The position numbers and the translations under genes are program-made. A stretch of DNA of 60,038 nucleotides, counting the filler, from Stramenopiles sp. TOSAG23-3 (lineage: Eukaryota), in the NCBI GenBank assembly GCA_900128585.1. It is 13 parts of 13 records of this genome, joined end to end, with 100 filler letters (N's around TTAATTAATTAA, not from the genome) between each part and the next. Parts side by side here need not be neighbours in the genome. Positions count along the whole stretch, not along the records: positions 32,424 to 36,946 come from LT643794.1; positions 37,047 to 41,568 come from LT643795.1; positions 41,669 to 46,187 come from LT643796.1; 10 more parts are not named here. One strand, 5' to 3'. This document shows, piece by piece, positions 32,424 to 42,025 of this stretch (its first letter is position 1; each line of letters begins with the position of its first letter). The notes under the pieces are model-generated. The model did not search any database. It was not told where the DNA came from and saw only the letters and a program-made list of their open reading frames with translations.

Positions 32424-34729
32424 GGTATATCGATTAGTAAAACCAAAAGAGCAAAGATAAGTTCGCAGTTCATGAAGGAATGTAAACCTAGAATGTCTAA
32501 ATTTAGATTTCAGTTCGCAGTACATTAATTTTAATTACTTAAATAACAGATAATTTTCTTTGTTTTATAAAAGTTAGTGTCCTAGGTAAGTATTATTTTA
32601 TTTTTAGAGTGAGAGAAATTGTGAACCTGAGGGACGGGTACCGGTACTATCTCCATGACAAAAATTCCTATATAAAGTATATGAACAAATAATGGCTGTT
32701 ATTTCGGTATTTAAAATTTATTTTCTTCGTGTACACCGCGAATGTATTTCTGCTCCTAATGTCCAGTAAAATTTTACTTCCTTCATGTGCTGCGAACTCA
32801 TCTCTGCTTCGGCGATTTTCTTAATCAATGTACTCCTGTTCTTTAGTTACCCTCTTGTGTACTCCATGAATGATCAGAACTGATATTTGGATTTTCGATG
32901 ATACCAAATGACCCGTAGTCAACTTCTTCATCAGGTATCCCGCTCATAAATGAGTCAGAACTTGTGTGATTTTTCAAGCAACGGCGTAAATATTTTCAAG
33001 GTGCTCGTTGTTTGACTTGTAAATTGGCCAAGGGGAATGGTCATTGATGGGTTGATATGGCTATATCATGACTCATGAAATTTTCAATTCATCCTTCCTT
33101 GCAATGTAACTTATTCTTGTCCACTAAAAAACCCTCCATAATGCGAATAATACTGATGATGATTGAACTGATACCTTCTTTTTTCTTTAATTTTAATTAC
33201 TATAAAATAACAGCCAATTTTCTTGTTTTTAATTTGCACTGATTTAGATCTTCGTGTACATGTATACGAGCAAGAGAAGATTGAACACATTAAAGATCAT
33301 TCTTTCATAGAGCAGTACAACAGAAACCGAGCACAAAGCCGTTGTTTATCAGCCAATTGGAATCTTGCCCAGAACATCTGGTAGTGTGTACGAAGGGGAT
33401 AATATCAAACTCGGTGACGATCATTCTTTCATAGAGCAATACAACCGAAAACGAGCACCTTAAAATATTATAGCCGCTGTCTATTCGCAAATTGGAATCA
33501 AATTGGAATCTTGACCAAAATTAGGAAGGATCTGCAACAGGAGGAGACATTGTTCTTGAACTGACACCCCCTTTTCTTAAATAAATAACAGCCATTATTT
33601 TGTTTTTAATTTGTTTTTAAAGTTTTAATTTCTTCTTGTACTGCGACTTGTTTCTACTCCAGAAGCCTGTCTCAAGTATTCAATTTACTTATACCCTTTA
33701 GTCTTCACTGTCATCCTCGTGTGAACTCCACACATTATCAGAATTGGTATTTGGAATATAGTCATATAAATTTAGATATCTAAATAATAGCCTATATTTG
33801 TTTTTTAGTTAAAAGTAAAAAATATAATTAGTTTTTTTTAAATACTCAATGGCTCCAACCTCATGAAAAGAAAGTTTCATATTTTATTTCCTTTCAGTAA
33901 AAAATATCCTTGGTTTAAATTAAAAACAAAATTTATACTGCTATTTAGATTATTGTCCAAGTTATAAATTATAAATCACCAGCGGCAGCCTAGGCTAATT
34001 GGCAGTACACAAAAGATGGGCGGATTGGTGGATGCGAATCTTCCAACGCAACGTACTCAATGTGGTCGCTAAGTTCATAGCATCAAGGGTCCGAATTTTA
34101 AAGGCCCTAGCCCCAACATCCCTGCCAATGGACTACCCCGCGGAAGCAGTAGACACTGCGCCAGGACAAGACACGGACGCTCGCGGCGCCGCCTTGCCCA
34201 TTTCCGAACTGCGATAGCACAATATCCACAGACATTCGACACAAAAAACAGCATCGCACATCGCACCAAAACCCTCAAGGACGGGTTCCGACTACCGACC
34301 CGGACGACACTTCCCTGCAATCACAACCCATTACTGATAATCCCTTGAACGATTTACAAAACAGAAAATGAGCACCCTCAAAACAATTAAGCCACTGTTT
34401 AACAAATCAAACAAGACCTGAATCAGCCATGAGTGGGACACCGGATGAAGAAGTCGATTATGGAGTAGCCGATACCGTTGAAAATCCACACGTCGTTAGC
34501 GATTATGAATGGAGTACACAAGATGATGGTAGTGTACACTAGATGATAGAGAGTGAACCGATTAAAGAAAAGCACAGGAGCAGAAACAAATCGCAGTACA
34601 AGAAGGAAATAACACTTCAGTGGGCAAAAACAAGTTACATTGCCAGGAAGGATGAATTGGAGATTTCAGAGTTAGCCATGTAACACTTTAGATTAATATT
34701 TAAGTAGCAGCCTATATTTTGGTTTTTAA
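32424..34729. mobile_element. Largest cluster of the repeat family (modules in both orientations)
   Basis: 32424..32556 matches 26059..26217. Peptide modules at 32843..32947(-), 33698..33757(-) and 34429..34542(+). Module E reversed at ~33250..33578. Confidence 0.72.
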
Positions 34730-34857
34730 ATTATAAATAAATGTTTCTAATTTGCAACTTCTTTTGCTTATAGACCACTGCTTCAGCCATTAAATGAAAA
34801 CCCGTTTTTCCGAAGCTAAATAATTGTAATGATTGATTTTTATGCTATGAATAAGCT

Positions 34858-35701
34858 TCAATATTTTCTGCTATTTTTCCCCCAACCTCCTAGAATTTTT
34901 TGTCGCAAATTATTTGAAAAGTAAAATGTATAAGAATCCATGATGGAAATTACAGTATCGTTCCTTATCGGTGGTATTAAATACCCTGAAAAGGTGTGTG
35001 AAACTGCACCCCGAAGGTCTTTGCATTTCGCCCCATTTTTTCGCAAAGGGTTCTCAATAAACGCGCAACTGGCAGTCAGTTTAACAAGAGAGTGATAGGG
35101 TGTAATAGAATTGTTTCTTCGCCGTTTAGTTCTTCTCGTAACTTTATTTGCACAGTCAAGGTAGATTAAAAATAACAGAAGTGCGAAGACTATCCCCGCT
35201 GCAACCGCTGCCCCGAAATAGTTTGCTTCCATACTGTTATATTTTGTTGCGTTCCTAAATGAAAACCCTTTCTTTTTTAACGAGTTCGGGCTTATAGATA
35301 TATTGATAAATGTGTGGTTGAGTACCGGAGCCGTTGGTTAACGTTTGCCCATTTTTTCCATGCATTTCGGAAGGTGACGGTGCAGACGCATGCAAATAGT
35401 TACTCTTATTAACTGCTTCTTTTAGCGAGGAATTTTGAACTATTTTAGTAGAATTAGACAGAGTCAACGTTGACGTGGCTGAAAGTGGTGATTTTTTCCC
35501 CAAATCTTGACGAACAGTTTCCGAAGAGTTAGCACTGTTGCGTTGTAGTTCTCCAGCTAGCCTCTGCTTGATTTCCTTCAAAGTAAGATTGTCAAATAAG
35601 TCCTCGCTCCATTTGATACAAAACTCCATAACGTTACTGTTTGTTGATTCGCTTTTATCAGGTGTTTCTTTGTGAAGTGTTAGAATTGTACAGATAGCCA
35701 C
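34858..35701 (-). pseudogene. Fragmented putative single-pass membrane protein
   Basis: Two consecutive out-of-frame ORFs: a Ser/Thr-rich stalk, then TM helix FGAAVAAGIVFALLLFLIYL plus a basic stretch. Confidence 0.35.
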
Positions 35702-37441
35702 AATAACAGAGTTATATTATGTGGACTTAACCAGATTTTCCAGAGTGCCAAGCATGTATTCCGGGTGAAACAGTTGCGAATAGAACAACACGGGGGAGAA
35801 GACACAGACAACAACATTTTAACTGCACTTCTTGTTTCTACTATTCTTCCTACTGCCTCCCTCTACTTCTCCTGCTCCGTTCATGAACCTATCTACGGGG
35901 ACACCGCAACCGGTACTCCATATTAAGGACTTCGTTCGGCGGTAGGGACGGTGCCAGTACCTGGTACGTACCGGTTTTAAATAATACAGGGACCAGGTTC
36001 CATACCTGTTCCTTACCAGTAATAAAAAGACAGAGTAAAAATTTAATACCGCCTTAGGTTCGGGCGAGAACCCCTGATCTGATCGAAGTTTTTTAAGGAT
36101 ATGGTTAATACTTTTACTTAACCTATTCGTAACGCTAATATAAAGGGCAGTAGTATTGTATTAGTGTCTATAATCCAATCCTACATATGTAATGCCTGAG
36201 GACACTTGTTTAAAAATGTTATTTATAATATTTAATCAAAACAATGAAATGACCCTAGCTCGCTGACCCTGTTGTGTTGAATCTCTTACCAAGCGGCTCC
36301 CACACCATCCTATCGACAATTAGGTAAATTATAGAAATTTTACATGGGTTAGTGTAATAATGCAACAGAAGCACCCCACCCCCCAATCTGTCAGACCCAC
36401 TGATGGTGTGTTCAACAATTAATTCAGGGTTATGGTTCGATTGCTTTCGAAGCTAACGAACGTCTCTTTCCAAAAGATGGGTTAACATCGGTCGGTACAT
36501 TATTATAAAATAATAAATATTTGTCAGCCCTCAAGGGACTCCGAGAAAAACAAATATTAAGGTTTAATTAACAATATAATTGTTTTAGAACATAACATTT
36601 TGTAATGTGGTTATCGTATCAAATTTGGAAAAAAGCTATTTAGCTGACAGAAATACCACTGCGGATTAGCTGGTGATGTGGTAATTGGAACCATTTTACA
36701 TCGAATATCATTAGACCCAATGTAGTTTTTACCTGGGTGAAAAGGAGAATCAGATATATGTAGATAGGCAAGGTTGTAAATCATGTCCTTAATTTCGCAT
36801 TTGCTTAATAATATATGTTACGTAAAAATAATTTAACATGACGACGACATCATCATTCTCAACAAGAAGTAGAAGAAGAAGAAAAAGCAGCAGCAGGAAA
36901 TGAACAAAAAAGAACGAACAAAATGAGGTGATTTTGGTGATCTACTNNNNNNNNNNNNNNNNNNNNNNNNNNNNNNNNNNNNNNNNNNNNTTAATTAATT
37001 AANNNNNNNNNNNNNNNNNNNNNNNNNNNNNNNNNNNNNNNNNNNNAGAAGAAGAAAGAAGAAGAGAGAAGAAGAAGAAAGAAGATGAATTCTTCTACTA
37101 AAACTACTAAGATGAATTCTAGCTAATCGACACAAATCCAATATGTACATATTTATTATTTTATTTTACTTAGACTAGCGATCAGGCAGGCATCAGGCAT
37201 TCTTCTTCTCTACTACTACTACTAGAACGACTACTATAATAATATTTTAATAATTGTTTTTTTTAGTAATAAAAAATGTCATTATTATAATTCCGTACTT
37301 ACGGATATTATCGGTTGTTCGTATCTTTTAATTACCAATAATAAAAAAATATAAGAAGATGATGTATCGGATGTTTGACATTGATCTACACGATGGATGA
37401 TGATTTCCATGAACGAAATTCTTTGCTCCGACTGACCCGAC

Positions 37442-39139
37442 GTGACTGACTTTGTTTTTGAATTTGATCTAGGAATGGTACAAGAGAGTAAGCGTCGGGT
37501 TCGACGGAGGGCAGCGAGGTTGACCTTGGGCACGACGACGAAGCGCTTGCTTTCGGATGAAGAGGCGCTAGCACTTTTTCAAGCCATTGATTCAAAGCAA
37601 TATTCCTCGTTTGGATTGGTAAAACTCTCAACTTTAAACTTAAATGAATTGTACAGGCCTCCACTTCGCAAATTGGAGAAACCTTCCCTTCGCACTTGGA
37701 ACCCCAGTGGAAGCTGCTCTTTGTTGACATATGCCGCGTATAGGATGCGGGACGTTGTGGTAATGAACTTGCTTAACGCAGGGGGCGACCCCAGCATATA
37801 TTACGACGAAACATTGAAAAAAAGCACCTGTGTGTCAGGCGTTTTGAATTATATCAAGGGGGTCCAAGGGTATTCGCCCGAGTACGCCGCGTGGATCGTG
37901 CGAAGAGTAGTGGCAGGAAGAGTTCAAGCGGCGGAAGTCCTTGAGTCTGCTACCCAACAACAGCAGCAAGGCTTCAACTGTATCTGCGAATATTGTCGTT
38001 CGGCAAGCGTTCGTCCTGTTTGCATATGTTCAAGATGCAAGCACTTGGTTTGCGAGCAGTGCTTTTGGAAAGCACAGCAAGAGCGGCCTTTGAAAACTAG
38101 GATTGCAGAGCTGTCATGTAGAGCATGCGGTGGCAAGGGGGACACCGAAGGCAAGGCTGAAGCTGGCAACGGGACCCTCGATAAATTTCTATTGCTCCCT
38201 GTCGAGCTGAAACCGGCCGAATACAAACGCGCCACAAGGTGCAAGTTTAAAGCAATGTGCGAGAATGAAGCAGCGGCGTTGCGCCCGGGCGTCACCCGAA
38301 GGGAGAGAGCTGAGCAGTTTCTTAAAGCGGTTTCACAGGGAAATATGTTGAGGGTCCGCGCGCTAATTCGCGCAGGTGTTGATCCAAACGTGAGGGGAGA
38401 GGTAGGTGAGACGGCGTTGAACATTGCCGAGTGGATGGGATACGTGGGCATTCGCGACATGCTCCTAGGAATAGACAACATAGACCCGGCGTTGATACCA
38501 TACGGAGCAAAGGCTCTCGGGAGCAAGGGCCTGGGCGTAGAAGACAGCGCGACAGAGCCAAAGTTTTCACACATACTCCGCCAACATTTCTCATCTGAGG
38601 CCACCGTGGTGGTTGATAAGGGATTTTCAGAGAGCTTTTTGGGTTGTTTGGGTGACATTTACTCAAGCCTGCACCCGGTTGACTTGACCCCGACAAAACG
38701 TCGAACTTTCTCCCAAACGTGTGCGGTCCGTTCGGTCTTTTGCGATTGGAAGGGGGAAATATGTAAAGCAATTGAAAACGTTCTCAACCAAGGGTTCTCA
38801 ACCGTTCGTTGTACCGTTCACCCCATGATGCGATTCATTTGTTACGTTCAAAAAGGGGGGTCCATGCCCATTCACACCGACCTGGCAAAGACAGACGCAA
38901 GGTCTGGAAACACCAGTACTCACACATTCATTTTGCACTTGAACGATTGCGACGATGGGGGAGAGACTGCATTTTACAAGCAGGTAAAATGTGACGAAAA
39001 AGCGTTGGCAAAGGTTTACCCGGTACGTGGAAGACTGCTGGTCTTTCCACACGATCGGGCACATGCTGGGTTGGCAGTTTTCAAGGAAAACCAGAAACTA
39101 TTTCTACGAGGTGAGGTGATGGTGAGCGTCACAAAGTGA
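37442..39139 (+). CDS. Ankyrin + RING-like Cys cluster + 2OG-Fe(II) oxygenase (prolyl-4-hydroxylase-like)
   Basis: HTD..TFILHLND.DDGGETAF..PVRGRLLVFPH...HAG..K.FLR; ankyrin GETALNIA; CEYC..C..C.H.VCEQC..CRAC. 5' end unclear. Confidence 0.8.
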   Translation: MTDFVFEFDLGMVQESKRRVRRRAARLTLGTTTKRLLSDEEALALFQAIDSKQYSSFGLVKLSTLNLNELYRPPLRKLEKPSLRTWNPSGSCSLLTYAAYRMRDVVVMNLLNAGGDPSIYYDETLKKSTCVSGVLNYIKGVQGYSPEYAAWIVRRVVAGRVQAAEVLESATQQQQQGFNCICEYCRSASVRPVCICSRCKHLVCEQCFWKAQQERPLKTRIAELSCRACGGKGDTEGKAEAGNGTLDKFLLLPVELKPAEYKRATRCKFKAMCENEAAALRPGVTRRERAEQFLKAVSQGNMLRVRALIRAGVDPNVRGEVGETALNIAEWMGYVGIRDMLLGIDNIDPALIPYGAKALGSKGLGVEDSATEPKFSHILRQHFSSEATVVVDKGFSESFLGCLGDIYSSLHPVDLTPTKRRTFSQTCAVRSVFCDWKGEICKAIENVLNQGFSTVRCTVHPMMRFICYVQKGGSMPIHTDLAKTDARSGNTSTHTFILHLNDCDDGGETAFYKQVKCDEKALAKVYPVRGRLLVFPHDRAHAGLAVFKENQKLFLRGEVMVSVTK

Positions 39140-40035
39140 GCTACGCCGCGGCGGTGGTGCCGGGCGAGGTCCGCCGTGATTTTATTATTATTATTCTAAA
39201 TAATCCTGAATTTCCTCATTTTCAAACAAATTGGACGCTAACTTTGTCCTTTGGTGTCCATTGGAATGGTTTGATTTCGATTCGTTTTGAAAAAGTTGCT
39301 TCTACTTGAAGTATTTTCATAATAAAAATAAGCAGTATTCTATAAGCAGAGAACAAATTTGCGTTAAAAATGTACTTGTGATTCGTAGTCTTTTACCTAT
39401 TACATTTCAAAAAAATACGGGGAGGATGGTGGGTATAATCTGGAATACCTCGTGGACTAATAATTGAAGGTTTTCATTCCTTCCTTCTGTAATATTATTA
39501 GATACCTATATATATATATAAATAGTATACGAATACGAATTAAATAAGTAGATGAATAATGAAAGCCAGCCAGTAGCCAGTCGTCTCTAATTTGGATACG
39601 GTGTTCAGTGCCTGTAAGTATAATTTTAATACTAAATAATAGTAAAATTATAAAATTAATAAAAATGAAGAAGAATGAATGGTGGTGTTGGATGGTGTTT
39701 TACCTCCTCGTAGTAGGTGTTATATAATACCTAGAACCCTAATTTGTGCCCCCTCCCTAATTTGTGCTGTTGTAATAATTTTAATAAAAATTAATCGATC
39801 GACGACGACGGGGAGAGGATGATATGACAAGGAAGTGCGTGCATGCATGCGGTCAAGAACTGTAAATAAATAAATTGTACTTGTTCGTTGCAACTATTAA
39901 AATTCAAAATAATGCTAATCATGTCAGGAATATGTACAAAAAGTCACGCAAAGGCATTTATCAACTTAAACAAATTCATCAAAAGGATTACTGGAGTATA
40001 GCAACGCAAGAAAGAGAGAACAACCGGCATCAGGT

Positions 40036-41364
40036 ATGGCAGCGATTACAGAAAATTTATCGAACTTAAACGTTGACAATGAAGACGTGAAAATGCACCG
40101 TTACGGTGTGAACGTGACAGGTGTGAAACAGGTGTTGAAATCGAAAGTGTCCACGTTACCGCAGGCGGAGGAGCGCGACGTGAAAAAATTGCTGGAAAAG
40201 TATAAAGACAGCATTGAAAAATTGAAGACAAAGTGCAAAGATATCCTGAGTTTGAACGGAAACGACCCAGGTATTGATTTAATATACGACGACATATTCA
40301 TACTGAGGTATGTTTTATCGAAAAAGAATAATTTGAAGAAAGCAGAGGAAGCCATTCGGGTTTGCTGCAAGTGGAGGGCTGACCCAGAAATCAGAGAGCA
40401 AGTGTTGAAGCCTGTGGCAGACAACACTTGGACAGAAGCACCTGTATACCAGTCATTTTGCAAGCATATGTGTTTTGGCGTTTTGGGGTCGCAGGTTGAT
40501 GGTGGTTGTCTCTTTTATCTACGGGACGGGTTGGGCTTCCCGAACACGGTATTTGAAAGTTTGAAACGCGACGAGTTTCTAAAGATCGGATTTCAATCGC
40601 GTGAATACATATATCGTTGGTGCGATTACGAGACCAGGCGCTTGGGTAGGCTTGTTAAAGCAATGTTTATTTTGGACATGGACAAAGTGAAATTATCGAA
40701 ACTTTCAGACTCGCGCGTGCAGAAATGTTATGCAGAACTGGGAGAATTTTCCGAAAATAATAACCCACAAATGGTGGACAAGTATTTGGTCGTAAATGCC
40801 CCATCTTTCATCCCATGGTTCATCAGTTTTGTAAGACCGCTATTTCCCAGATCGATGATGGACAAGTTTGATGTGTTTCCAAACAACCCTGCGTTGGGGA
40901 AATCGCAATTCGGCAAAAAATGGATAAATTTAGATTATCTTCCCGATTATCTTGGCGGAAAATTTCCTTCCACAGATCTGCCAAAGGAACTGACTGGAGA
41001 GCTTATTCAACGTGGCGACGGTGGCTTGAGCAAAATTTACCTTGGTCGTCGCACCAGAAAATATTGTGAAGTGATGACACCGTCTAAGGGTAAAATTAAT
41101 TACAAATTTGCATTAGTTGGTAGGGATGCTTATTTGACTGCAACGTTTCATAAAGATCCAACGCAAGTTGACGAAGACCATGAATCCCCTGATCAAGTAG
41201 AAATACAAAAACAGCTTAAAATTTCTGCGGAGAATGGAGTGTATAGCGGCGCATGGGAAGTGCCAAGAAGCGGCGTTTTGATTGTCGAATTAAGCAATGC
41301 ACATTCAAGATTCACAGGCAGAACTCTGAAATGGGCGATGGATTTTGAGACTGTGGACACCTGA
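40036..41364 (+). CDS. Sec14/CRAL-TRIO lipid-binding protein with C-terminal GOLD domain
   Basis: DDIFILRYV..K, ILDMD, NNPQMVDKYLVVNAP, LPDYLGG; GOLD-like G.LIVELSNAHSRFTGR.L. Confidence 0.88.
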   Translation: MAAITENLSNLNVDNEDVKMHRYGVNVTGVKQVLKSKVSTLPQAEERDVKKLLEKYKDSIEKLKTKCKDILSLNGNDPGIDLIYDDIFILRYVLSKKNNLKKAEEAIRVCCKWRADPEIREQVLKPVADNTWTEAPVYQSFCKHMCFGVLGSQVDGGCLFYLRDGLGFPNTVFESLKRDEFLKIGFQSREYIYRWCDYETRRLGRLVKAMFILDMDKVKLSKLSDSRVQKCYAELGEFSENNNPQMVDKYLVVNAPSFIPWFISFVRPLFPRSMMDKFDVFPNNPALGKSQFGKKWINLDYLPDYLGGKFPSTDLPKELTGELIQRGDGGLSKIYLGRRTRKYCEVMTPSKGKINYKFALVGRDAYLTATFHKDPTQVDEDHESPDQVEIQKQLKISAENGVYSGAWEVPRSGVLIVELSNAHSRFTGRTLKWAMDFETVDT

Positions 41365-42025
41365 AAGAAAAAAGGATGTACATCATGCACACAAAAGCAA
41401 AACAGACGAAAAAAAACAAACATATGATATGATACTAGTATCATATCATATCACATTATCGTATGTTAAAATCAAAAAAACAAATTATATATAGTATATG
41501 TTTTAAGTCAAAAAAGAAAAGAAAAAAGAAGGTAAAACCGTTCAAGAACCCAAACTCCTCCTTGTTCCNNNNNNNNNNNNNNNNNNNNNNNNNNNNNNNN
41601 NNNNNNNNNNNNTTAATTAATTAANNNNNNNNNNNNNNNNNNNNNNNNNNNNNNNNNNNNNNNNNNNNTTATTTATTATATAATTATTATTATTTCAATA
41701 ATAATATAAATATTATTATATTTATTTATTTATTTTTTTTTAGAAGAAAATTTAAAAAAATATATGACATATTGGATACAAAAAATAATAGTACTACATC
41801 GCCATACTATCTAGTACCAAGGGTAGTAGTTAGTTAGTAAAAAAAAATAAGGAGGAAAAGCATACACGAAAAAAATATGAAATAATTGTTGACATTTTAT
41901 AAAATCATTCCGTATTGTGGAATTGTAGGTAGGTAATTTTTTTAATGCAGTCTGTGGCCATTTTATTTTGTGTATAGAAAATCGTAGAAACTGCAAAAAA
42001 ATTGTGAAGTTTTAAAAGTGCCGGG

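Noticed and set aside
32890-32936. Hammerhead-ribozyme-like CTGATGA...GAAA on the minus strand of one repeat copy
   Set aside because: Stem II does not close and other copies read CGGATGA or TGGATGA; the conservation follows codons (D-E-E, E-N).
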